Assembly (NCBI GenBank): GCA_035221665.1
Contig: CM069158.1
Location: 27,094,001-27,158,000 of the forward strand
Direction: 5' to 3'
Source: Okamejei kenojei
Taxonomy: Eukaryota
DNA: 64,000 bases
Each line of letters opens with the position of its first letter. Position 1 is the stretch's first letter. The translations under genes were made by a program, and so were the position numbers. Of the stretch, positions 49,894-61,924 are shown in pieces. Under the pieces are notes generated by a model. It was not told where the DNA came from, did not search any database, and saw only the letters and a list, made by a program, of their open reading frames with translations.

Positions 49894-52800
49894 ACATACA
49901 AGTTGCCATACAAGTAAAAAATAACACAATAAACAATACATTTAACATAAACATCCACCACAGTGGAATCAACATGCTGCTCTGTGATGGAAGATTAAGT
50001 TCAGTCATCTCCCTTACCTATTGTACTTGAGTTTGGCTTGATGCTATCTGTCTAAGATTATAAGATTAAATTGGATAGCATGCAAAACAAATCTTTTTAC
50101 TGTACCGCTGTATAATGACATGTTTTGCTTTAGTATTGTCACGTGTATTGGGGTATAGTGAAACACTTTTAGCACGCTATCCAAACAGATCAGACAGATT
50201 AGATAAACCATACATAGGTACAATTAGTTCAAGTACAATAGATAGAGCAATGGGGAAGAGAGTGCCGAATATATTTCTCGGCATAATAAGTCTACATTTT
50301 CTCATTCTATATTGAAATCTGTTATAAACAATTTGGCCCTTATAATGCAAATATTTTTTCCTTCTTCATCAGTCACATATCTGATTAATGTTTTGGAAAC
50401 CCTTGTTAAAGACCCTCGTTAAATGTGAACTTTATAGTTCTCAGCATTGTACTGTAATAGTTCCAAAGGCAAAGTCTGATATCTGCAATGGGGTAGAGAT
50501 GAAGAGGATGCGAGAACCAGTCCTGGGTGTTTCCACATGACCTGCCTGTAGTAATTGGACACCATTGTCTCACAAGAACTCAAGCTGCTAGCTTCACCGT
50601 GGCTGACCGTGGAAATTAACAAGTAATCAACAAATTGAAAATCCTGTGGGAAAAGTAACCTTGTTATTGCAAGTCTGGAACGCTCATGAATTCCAGAGAC
50701 TACCTGGATCATAATTTGAACGACTTTATGATTATTGTTGCCCATCTGGCAATTTCACCGTACTAGGAATCGGTAGTGAATCCTCCCTTGCTAGGCTTTG
50801 CATTAGTTAGATGAAGATTCTATACATGAGGTTGGAACTCCTTACCCTTTTCCCTCTTACGTTTCTGACTGTGCGCTATCTCTATTGCATGTTGTCTTTG
50901 ATGCTTCACCCACAATTGTGTCTCCAATTCAGAGGCTGATGTTGCCCTCTACAATTCAGTGATCATTAATCTTTCCTTATGTTGTTGATTTTTTGTAACC
51001 ATTGTGACTAGATATTGGAACACAATTCCGCTTGAGCAATTTGTGGCAATGTTTGCACCTTCGGGTCAAATAAACTGCTTACCTGCTTAGGGAAACTTTC
51101 CAAAAATATTGAACTAATCCCAACATCTTTTCCATTTTCCACTGTAGCTGCCTTTTGTAGTTTTTGGAGGAGACTGCCTCATTATAATGGTGAAGATAGA
51201 CACAAAATGTTGGGGTAACTCAGTGGGTCAGGCAGCATCTCCGGAGAAAAGGCATAGTTGACGTTTTGGGTCAAGACCCTTCTTTAGACTGAAAGATGGG
51301 TGGGGGGTGGCAGTGGAGGTGAGGAGGGGGATTTGTGCACTCGAGATGTACAATTTAGGTTTTGTACAACTTAGTTTTATACTGCCTTTGCAGTCAACAA
51401 GGATATTTTTTCATCTAGTGTGCTGTGTTTGTAATTGTGTCCTGACAGCATCTTCCTAATAAAATGCCTTTTTCGTGACCAAAAAAAACCACTTTGTCCA
51501 GTAAAGAAAATGTATTTTTTCTCACTTCATTTCTCAAGGGGACATGGTATTGGGGGCAGAGACTGCCATAATTCTAAAAATGTTCACTCTCTTTATAGTT
51601 GTCCTTGTGTTGATAACTTATCACTTCAACTGCCATCTGCTTTAACAAAATTTGATTATGCAGAAAAAGAAAGTACAGAACTTTTGTACAAGTGCTAATG
51701 TTCAAGGCTACATTCTTTTTTAGCTTGAATCACTGCAACACCATGTTGTGCTGGCATGGTTTCTTGTGACTTCTAAACCTGTGGAATGAGCACCTGTAGT
51801 TTGTCAATGTTATCATCAAGCTTATTTAAGGAAAGTCTGCTGCTTAGATAATGTTTCTGACATATTTATAATGTTGCAACTTTCTGTGACTCCAAATTTG
51901 TATTTATTTGTGTCGGATTATAGGGCGTTTTTATTTAGTTGCAAAATAAACTTTAGCGAGGCAGCATTTTTTACCTCAATTTTATTGTGTTTTTCCACCG
52001 TTTTCACGATCCCAGATTAATGCCACCAACCTTGCAGCTCCATTGACCCAGATTCAACCCTGATCTCCAGTGTTGCATGTCTGGAGCTTGCAAGGTCTTC
52101 CCTTGTTGTTGAATCCCTCCAGGTGCTCCTGTTGCCTCTTGCACGCTGAAGACTTTCAGGTTACTTGGCCTTTGTAAATTGTCCTTAGTATGTAGGGGAG
52201 TGGATGAGGGGAGAATAAAAAGGGATTTGTGTAGATTGGGTGTTTGAGGTTGAATCAGATTTGGTGGGTTGCAACAGCAGTGAATGCCTGAACTTTTCAT
52301 GCTTTAAATAGAACTTTAGCTTTCGCTTTATTTTTCTTTAGTTCAATGTTTTTATTAGTTTCTATTTGTATTTTGCAAAATAGTATTTATAGTTAATAAA
52401 CATTCAGTCTCTTATGGTATTAAAAAAACAACGTGCTGGAAGAACTCAGTGGGTCAGACAGCATCTGTGAAGGGAGTGAACAGGCAAGATTATGGGTCAG
52501 GACCCTTTTCGTCTTAAGATATTAGATACAATAGTGGTATGTAAGAGGCTTTTGGATATGCAGGGAATGGAGGGATGTTGATCGCATTCAGATGGAGGAG
52601 ATTAGTTTAAAGTAGCATCATGTTTGAACATGATCATTGTGGGCCAAAGGGCCTGTTCCTGTGCTGTACTGTTCTGTGTTTCATTCCTACCACATTGCAG
52701 CCTGACTCACTGAATTCCTCCAGCAATTTGTTTTGCTTAGGGTTCCAGAATCTGCAGGTTTTTTTTGTCTCCATACGAAATCATTTATATTGAGATCTGC

Positions 52801-53150
52801 AATTGTAATGTATGCATATTCAACATGCATTAGTTCACTAAGGTTGCCATTCAATCTGAATGTAGAAAATTGTGTGTGGCATCCTTGAATCACAGCAAAT
52901 AACCAATTTGCACAAAATGCTGATGTGAAATTATATTGGCGAAACAAGAAACTGCAAATGCTGGATGACAGAAAAAGACAAAAAAGAAAAAGTGCTGGAG
53001 TAACTCAGTCAGGCAGCTTCACAGGAGGACATGAGTGATGTTCTGGTTTGGGACTCTTTTTCAGAGGATTTATAAATGTGGTGATGACGGCCAATTAAAC
53101 TGTATTTTAACTTAACTCTACTATAATTGATTTTCATTATTTGATTGCAG

Positions 53151-53241
53151 TATTTGTAGATGAACCAGAAAGAAAATATTCATTTATGTGTGACACTAAA
53201 GAAGAATGTGAGGAGTGGATTGAAGCTTTGACAAAAGCTAG
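53151..53241 (+). CDS. PLEKHJ1: PLEKHJ1 exon 4
   Basis: (V)FVDEPERKYSFMCDTKEECEEWIEALTKA(S), the PH-domain C-terminal helix with conserved W; 91 nt. Confidence 0.95.
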
Positions 53242-53682
53242 GTATGTTAGTGAACAGCAATGTTTGCCACCTTTATTCCTGTATTCTTAGAGCATTTAAC
53301 CGAGAGACCTTCATTAAAATAACTTATGAGCCTATTTTATCAAAGATGCTGTGTACATAGCCTAAAATTATATTAACTAGTTAATTTTAAGTTTGTTTAC
53401 ATTAAACTTGTCAAGCAGCTACCTATTTCTAATGACTGTAGGGTCATCTAGGGTCATGAATTTATTGTCATTTAGACATCTCAAAACTTGCAGTTGAATT
53501 TATGATGGAGACAAAGTTCAGCTTGACTGCTGTGATGAATATTAATGTAGGAAAAATCAGTAGAGCATTTGAAGTGGTAGCAAGCTTCCTGGAAAAAATA
53601 CATTTAGTACTTTCCATGCTTTAGTTACAAGAAGTCCCGTAGTCGAGTTCGAACCTGGTCTCGGGTGCTGTAAGCACTGTAA

Positions 53683-54370
53683 AGCCCCTGTCCCGCTTAC
53701 GTGTCCTTGGCACGCTAATTACGCGACCTTGTCGTCGCGTTGAAGCGCGACGGTCCCGCGAGAGTCGCGCGTGTCATCATGCGCCCGCACAGCCGTCTGG
53801 ACTGCGTGACGTCATTTGAAGATGGACACAAAATGCAGGAGTAACTCAGCGGGACCGGCAGCATCTCTGGAGAGAAGGAATGGGTGATGTTTCGGGTCAA
53901 GACCCTTCTTCAGTCTGAAAGAAGGGTTTTGACCGAAATGTCATCCAATCCTTCTCTCCAGAGATGCTGCCGGTCCCGCTGAATTACTCCAGCATTTTGT
54001 GTCTATCTTTAATCTTCTTGGCCCCGTTCTGGGAGTAGAAGTGGGGGCGGATCCAGATCCGCAACGGTTGTGAGCCCCAGGCTGAGTTCAACAATCGTTT
54101 GCCTGCTTCTGGTGTTGGAGGTGAGACGTTGCGTCGCGCCAGGGTCTTGGGCCTGTCCCACTTTGGCCGTCAGTTATGCGACAGGCAGGTGGCGCGCAAA
54201 GATTTTGTTCAGTACAAAATCCCGGAGCGCCGCATGACACCGCGCACAACTCCATATCCCTCCTCGCTGCTCAGTGGGACCAGCCCCGCGTAGCCACACG
54301 GTGCCCGTGCGCCTCAACACGACGGTGAGGTTGCGTAGTTTGCGTGACGGGACACGTAAGTGGGACAGGG
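53683..54370. mobile_element. PIF/Harbinger-type non-autonomous element with a nested Penelope-derived palindrome
   Basis: AGCCCCTGTCCCGCTTACGTGTCC...GGACACGTAAGTGGGACAGGG after TAA; CpG-rich interior; interrupts a SINE. Confidence 0.72.
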
Positions 54371-55226
54371 CAACTCCACTGCTGTGCTACCGTGCCAACC
54401 TTGAATTGCTGATTAATTTTGAATGCTGAATCTGTCGGTTCACTTTGCCGCCAGACTCTGTGTCGAGTCTTGTGGAGCTCCACCTTGCTGAGATATGCTA
54501 GCCTTTGCTGTGTGGACTTGTTTACTGGTGCTAGGCACAGCCCCAAGCCCTAATGATGTTAGTAAAGATTGCAGGATGCAGAAAATAAGGTAGAGGAGAA
54601 ATGGAGTCCATTTTTATTATAATTAATCGGATTTTTAGCTAATTCTACTTTTAGCATTTTAAATGACACTTAAAACTGTTTAATTGCTTCTGTGTCAGAC
54701 ATTCAAAGACATTTAAAATATATAAGGGCTTTGACAGCCAGGCTATGCTTGAAGCATGACTTTGCCAGCTGACAGTTTGTGGTATAGGACTTAATCGCTG
54801 TATCTTGGGAAGTCATACTGCCATTCAGTTTATGTTGATGAGCTCTGGATGATTCCTATCTGCACTTGACCCACCTCCCTGGGTTTGGCCCATATTCCTC
54901 TACACTGGCCCATTTCCTGTACCTGTCCAAGTGTCTTAAATGTTATAGTACCTGCCTCTATTACCTATAGTAATCTAATTTGGCAGCTCATTCCATATAA
55001 ACATCACTCTCCATGAACATTTCTCCCTCGGGTACCTATTAAATCTTGTCTCGCACCTTAAACCTGTCCTCAGGTACTTGATTTCCCTTGGCCTAGATTA
55101 AAGATGGCGTGCCAATGGAAATAATATTTGACTTAACGCTTTGGGTTTGAAAATATTACGATTCGAACATGGTATAAATTATTCAACGTTTTGATTTTAT
55201 AGATTTCAATTGGTTTTGTTTTTCAG

Positions 55227-55290
55227 CTATGAATACATGCGGAAAAGTTTAATTTTTTACCGAAATGAAATTAAAGAAATAACTGGAAAA
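55227..55290 (+). CDS. PLEKHJ1: PLEKHJ1 exon 5
   Basis: YEYMRKSLIFYRNEIKEITGK; 64 nt; AG and GTGAGT boundaries. Confidence 0.95.
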
Positions 55291-55454
55291 GTGAGTTATT
55301 TTTAATAAGCTTTCAAAATGTGATTCATTACTATTAAAATCTATCGAATTCCTTTAACTTCAAATGGTGGGCTGTCGGGCCTGTTTCCATGCTGTGTCTT
55401 TTTTAAAGTAATGTTTTAGTTGATAGACCTCTGAATAGGATAGGAGTTACAAGC

Positions 55455-56122
55455 TGTAGACCTTCCAGGTGGGACAGAGGTTCACACTCGCCTCCACTAT
55501 CCTCATCTCCTGCATCCGGTGTTCCTGATGTGGCCTCCTTGACATTGGCGAATCTAAGTGCAGACTTGCCAACCATTTTGCCGAACACATGCCAAACAAT
55601 GTCCTGGTTTCTAACCATTTTAACTCTTTCTCTATCTTCCCCCCCCCCCTCCCTCCCATTGCCATACTGACCCTTATAACCTGGGGTCGCCTTCATTACC
55701 AGATTGATAAAACACACAAACTGGAGGAACAAAACCTTATTCTGCTGGGGTATGAACATTGAATTCTCCAATTTTAGGTAACTAACCAAACCTTTTCCTC
55801 CCCCTCGACATTCATTGTGCCCCGCCTGGACTTGCATTAATTTCTCTGCTCCCCCTCTCCCTACATTCCCTCCGCTGGTTTCACAATTTACTTCCCCCCC
55901 CCCATCAACTCCCCCACCCCTTACCTATATCCACCTAACCCATGCCAGGCTTTGTCCTTCCAGCTTTCTTCCCCCTCCCACCCACTATCAACCACAATTG
56001 GCCGGAAGAGTCCCAACCCGAAACGTCACCTTTCCATGTTCTCCAAATTTGCTGCCTGACCTGCCGTGTTACTCCAGCACTTTGTGTCTGTTATGTAAAC
56101 CAGCATCTGCAGTTCCTTGTTC
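55455..56122 (+). mobile_element. Decayed Penelope-like element 3' part
   Basis: Similar to 43370-43888 (ATTGGCGAATCTAAG, AAACTGGAGGAACAA, GGTATGAACATTGAATTCTC). Confidence 0.75.
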
Positions 56123-57034
56123 CTAGCCCATATCCCTTGAATAGACTGGGTATTTTTTTTTAAGTGGAGATTGATCTTGATCAGTAAGAGTGTCAAAGAT
56201 TACAGTGAGAAGACAGAAGAATGGGCCTAGAGGCAAAATTTGATTCGCCATGATTGAATGGCGGAGCTTACTCGATGGGCCAAATTGCCTAATTCTGCTC
56301 CTTTGCCTTAACTTATTTATTTCCCTTCTGCTGATGTCGAGCTAACTGGCCTAGTGTTTCCAGCTGTCTTTCTCTGTCTCACATCCTTTTTTAATTAATA
56401 TTATTGCCTTCCAATCAGTGAGAACTCTTCCAAAATCTAGGGATTCTGCAAGATGTCAACAGAGGTGATGACCTTATACCATAACCAGCATTTTCAATCC
56501 CTAATATGCAGGTTATCCTATCCTGGGGATTTAACGCCCTTCAATCCCATTAATTTCAGAGGCACTAGTATTTTAAAAGGCAGATTTTCTTGAACACGTT
56601 TATTCCAATATTCCAGCAAGTATTCTGTTTCTCCACCACTTCTTTATTCCCCAATGTTAATTTCTGTTGTCTCAGTCTGTGAAACATCCACATTAACTAA
56701 GTTAATCTTTGACCAATATATAAAAGCTCGTACAATGTTTTGTTTCTTGCCAAAGTGTTCTCGTATCCTACTTTGAACTCAATCACCCTACTGTTCAGGC
56801 TCATTTGGTTTTGAAACTGTTGAGCCTTTAACTTCAATCTAATGCAATCTTTAACTTTTACTCGCCATAATTAAACCATATTTCCTGTGGGTTTTTTTTT
56901 GTTGCTTTAATGGGATATAAGTAACTTGTAAACTTTATTTTTAAGTTGGCCATTGCTTGCTTACTATCATAGCTCTCTAAGTAGTTTCCCTGGCTCTTAG
57001 CCAGTTCATGACTTGCATTTTAATTTAGATTTAT

Positions 57035-58360
57035 AGACAGTATGTGCAGGAGTAGCCCATTCGACCCCTCGAGCCAGAACCGCCGCATTCAGTGTGATCA
57101 TCCACAATCAGTACCCCATTCCTGCCTTCTCCCCATATCCCTTGACTCCACTATCTCTAAGAGCTCTGTCTAGCTCTCTCTTGAACCAGCCTCCACCACT
57201 CTCTGAGGCAGAGAATGCCACACTCACAACTCACTTTGTGAAAAAGTTTTTCCTCAACTCCATTCTAAATGACTTGCCCTTTATTCTTAAACTGTGGCCT
57301 CTGGTTCTGGACTCCCCCAACATCAGGAACATGTTTCCTGCCTCTAGCGTGTCCAAACCCTTAATAATATGTTTCAATAAGATCCCCGCTCATCCTTCTA
57401 AATACCAGAGTATACAAGCCCAGCTGCTCCATTCTATCAACATGACAGTCCCGCCATCCCGGGAATTAACCTGGTGAACCTCTCAATAGCAAGAATGTCC
57501 TTCCTCAAATTGAGACTAAAACGGCACACAATACTGTATGTGTGGTCTCATTGGGGCCCTGTACAACTGCAGAAGGACCCCTTTTCTCCTATACTGAACT
57601 CTTGTTATGAAGGCCAACATGCCATTTGCTTTCTGCTGTACCGGCATGCTTACTTTCATTGACTGATGAACAAGGACCCCCCAGATCCAGTTGTACTTCC
57701 CCTTTTCCCAACTTGACTCAATTTAGATAATAATCTGCCTTCCTGTTTTTGCCACCAAAGTGGATAACCTCACATTTATCCACATTAAACTGCATCTGTC
57801 ATGCATCTGCCCACTCACCCAGCATCCTCTTCACAGTTCACACTGCCACCCAGCTTCGTATCATCTGCTAATTTGCCAATGTTACTTTTAATCCCTTCAT
57901 CTAAATAATTCGTGTATATTGTAAATACCTGCGGTCCCAGCAGAGCCTTGTGGTACCCCACTAGTCACTGCCAGTCATTCTGAAAGGGACCCATTAATCC
58001 CTACTCTTTGTTTCCTGTCTGCCAACCAATTTTCTATCCATATCAGCACCCTACCCCCAATACCATGTGCTCTAATTTTGCCTACTAATCTCCTATGTGG
58101 GACCTTATCAAATGCTTTCTAAAAGTCCAGGTACACTACATCTACTGCCTCTCCTTTGTTCATTTTCCTAGTTACATCTTCAAAAAATTCCAGAAGATTA
58201 GTCAAGCATGATTTCCCCTTCGTAAATCCATGCTAACGCGGACCCATCCTGCTGTCCAAATGTGCTGCTATTTCATCTTTTATAATTGACTCCAGCATCT
58301 TCCCCACCACCGATGTGAGGCTAACTGGTCTACAATTCCCTGTTTTCTATCTCCTGCCTT
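57035..58360 (-). mobile_element. CR1-clade (HER1-like) LINE, 5'-truncated
   Basis: Colinear with and similar to 24510-25880 over about 1.3 kb. Confidence 0.88.
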
Positions 58361-58693
58361 TATAAAAATAAAAAAAGACTGAGGTTTCTCATTGAACTAA
58401 GCCACTCCATACAAAATTCTGTTCATTAAAGGCACCTTAACTACAAGCAGCTGTATTTGTTTTAGTTTGTGTAGGATAGTGTTAGCATGTGGAATCGATG
58501 TCGGCATGGGCCAAAGTGTCTATTTCTATGCTGTACGTGTAAACTTAAATTTGGTGAGGATAAATATACTGCAACTCTGCTGCCATCATTTGGTACTAGA
58601 ATATTGTTTGTGGCTTCTATGATGCAGTGAAGCCCCGCTGGGTGATCGTTTCTCATTTTTGGAGTAATGCTTGTTCCTGCTCTCTAACTGCAG

Positions 58694-58750
58694 GATCCAC
58701 TGGAGCAGTATGGAATTTCAGAAGAAACAAGATTTCAAACCAGATCATAG
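58694..58750 (+). CDS. PLEKHJ1: PLEKHJ1 exon 6 (last coding)
   Basis: DPLEQYGISEETRFQTRS followed by stop. Summed CDS is 441 nt, or 146 aa. Confidence 0.93.
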   Translation, partial: DPLEQYGISEETRFQTRS

Positions 58751-60919
58751 AGACTGTATTCAAAGGGTACTCTGATTTCTGATGGTAACTATGGATTTTT
58801 TATCAGCTTTCCACTTCCAATCTCACACTCAATCACCTCTCCTCAGCTGGAAGATGTTACAAATAACTGGTACCTATTGAATTAAAACCCTAACCCTAAT
58901 GCTCTAAAGGCAAAAAACAGCATGGCGATAGTTTTTCTTACTAAAAGGCAGTAGATGGTAGTTTAGAGATACCAACATTGAAGCGGGCCCTTCGGCCCAT
59001 GTTAACAGGAACAGAGGGCTTAAACGAAGAGTGAATGGATTGGTTGTGACTCTTTTCCCAGGAATGAATGAGGCTGAGCCCATGCACTTGTATAAATGAG
59101 GGGCAAGGTTTGTAGCTGAACCCTGGGTCTAGAGTATGGGCCAGGGTCCATAGTGACGGCTTGTACATACTAAAATTTCACACACTCTTTAAACTCAGTA
59201 GGTTCACTGGAAAATATATACGATTGTATAAGATTTTTTTAAATCTTGTCCTGAGCATGCTAGATGTTCCGAAAATTAAGTGCTTGACAGATCACAAATT
59301 CTAAAGGCCTAAAATTTACTTTTTCTTTTCCAGGTTCTTTTGGACCTCTTGCATTTTCCTACCATATTGTTCTTTCAGCCTTCCCACACCATGATATTTT
59401 TTAGTCAGTGAATTTGTGTGCATGTGGTGTAAAGTGTGGGGGGGGGGGGGGGGGGGGAGAAAGAATGCAGCGGTGGTGGAGTTGGTGTACAACAGATTGT
59501 AATTTAACATTTATAAATAACTTGAATTGGGTGTATTTATTATGTACTTTTTTAAAAATGTTGATGTTTTCGGGTTTCCTTAACACAGCACGCTGTATCC
59601 AATGGACGTTAAACATTTCTGTTGGTTTCATTAAGTTGTAGCTGGTTTCTCAATTAAATAATTATTCTGAATTGATGAATGCCTTATGGCTGTAGATTAT
59701 CTGTACTGGATCTTGGATAGTTACTCCAGTTAAATCGGGCTTTCCTTAACCAAATTATATAACTAAACTTAATATGAAATTTGAATTTATTAAATCTAAT
59801 TGTTCATTTCTAATCTGCAAAACAACTTTCATTGTAGTGAAAGATAGTCCCAGCTTTAAAATATAACAAAAAAGACATAAAGCTGGAGTCTTCGGGACAG
59901 GCAGCATCTCTGGAGAGAAGGAATGGGTGACATTTCGGGACGAGAAAATAAAACATGTTTCCAATGTTACGGAAAATAGGGAAAAAGTGGAATGTGAACA
60001 CTATTCAGAAAGAAATTCATTCTTGGTAAATAAACTGATCAATTAAATTACCAAGAATAAATAAAACTGACAAGTGGCCACACCCATTACTGAATCTATT
60101 TTAGCCATCGCTGAAGACATTGGATTGTAATGTTTTCCCCCAAACATTTTATAGATGCAATATAGTCCAACCAGAATAAGTGGGGATTTTGGATGATCAG
60201 CCATGATCATATTGAATGGCGTTGCTGGCTCGATAGACTGAATGGCCTACTCCTGTACCAATTTTTTTAATGTTTAATAGGAATCCTTATATGTGCTATT
60301 CATCTTTCCCATTGCTTTTGTCATCTAATTTTATTTACCATCACCACTGTCCTCAGACTTTCATTAAATTCCATGAACTGGGTAAGTTAAACAAGTGATT
60401 TTTTCCTAACCAGCTGCAGTTAACGATTTTGGATAATAACTGGGAGGGGCAAACTTAAGTATTTTCATTTGTTACTGAAAATGTCAATGCCCATCTAATG
60501 CAATCCCTCACCTGTTGTTTTTTTTGTGATAAAAGTATCTAATGGGTTGGAGTTGTAACACATCTTCCCACTTCCTGATGCTGCTTCTGTTACGACCAAC
60601 CACATTACTGCAGATGCTGGTAAAAGAACAGTGCTGGAGTAAATCAGCAGGTCAGGCAACATCTGAGATGTGTCAGGTCCACCTTTCCATGTTCTTCAGA
60701 TATTCTGCTGCCCTGCTGAGTTACTCAAGTGCTGTTATTCTCTGCCTCTGTGATTGTTCATTTCTTCTCTGATTGGTATTGGTTGATCTCTTGTATACTG
60801 TAACCACAAAGAAAGTTTAGGCAGATCACAAAAAATATCACTGTGCAAGATGGTATTTTTGAAACTGAATTCAGGGCAGCATGAAAAACACACTGTCATA
60901 ACACACACACACATCACTT

Positions 60920-61465
60920 CTTTCACCAGCCAGTTATGCAGGCGGAGGACAGGGCAAGCAGGTGGAAAGATGTTTGCACCTTGCGAATTTCACTCAAAGC
61001 CAATGTGATAGACACACACCACGATGAACAGAAAGATTGGCACTAATTAAGACTGAAAGCAGTGTACGGGAGGGGTCACAAGTCCTTTAATTGGGGGGGG
61101 GGGGGGGGGGGGAAGAGACAACTTTTAAGCCAGAGATACACGGCTGTGAAGCTCGGCGGACATTAACGATCGGTTATCCTTGGTTCTGAAAATGTAGCTT
61201 TTTTTTCCCCGCAATGAGCCAACCGTAGGCGACAACCTACGACCTCCTGGCGACTCACTACCACTGCACCCACGGCATGAAAATTCTCGCTACTCTCCAC
61301 GGCGTCAAAATTGACCGTTATGACCAGAATGAAGCCGCGACTAGTTCCGAGAATGCGGGAACTACTCACGACCATGAAGGAGACTACCCGGCCACCACCC
61401 ATGAACATGTGGCGACCACAGTCTCCTGTTGTCCCCTAAAAAGTCACCTAAGTGGGACAGGCCCA
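60920..61465. mobile_element. Partial PIF/Harbinger-type element (right TIR only recognised)
   Basis: Ends AAGTGGGACAGGCCCA followed by TAA; CpG-rich interior; left boundary unclear. Confidence 0.5.
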
Positions 61466-61924
61466 TAAGGGTGCAGCTTGGAGTCTAGCTGAAGATATGG
61501 CTATCAGTGATGGAGTTTAGCGATAAGCCCAATAACTCAAAACGGCCATTAATCAACTGAGATCTATTGTGTGGTGGCTGGAAGAACAGATGAACAATCT
61601 CCATGCATTTCAAATCAAGGTGAAATGACTCCTTTCACTACCTATATCTTTTAAATATTTTTGTCCACGTTTTTTTTGTTGCAAAAAGTGACATTCAGAA
61701 ACATTTTATAGAATTAACATTACTCCATTTGGCACTACTCCAGGCAATGGATAAAAATTAAACCTGCATGTAAGTTGCATTTTAGGCAATAAAACTGAGC
61801 ACAAGATGGAAATGTGACTACCTTTCTTGCTTAATAGCTACTTTTGAGTTGTATTTTTCCCACCTTACACATTTTGTAACCGCAAGAATTTTTTTTTTGC
61901 AATAATTGATTACACGTTATATAT

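Noticed and set aside
58886-58899. Interstitial telomeric repeat (CCCTAA)2
   Set aside because: Only two units; expected by chance.
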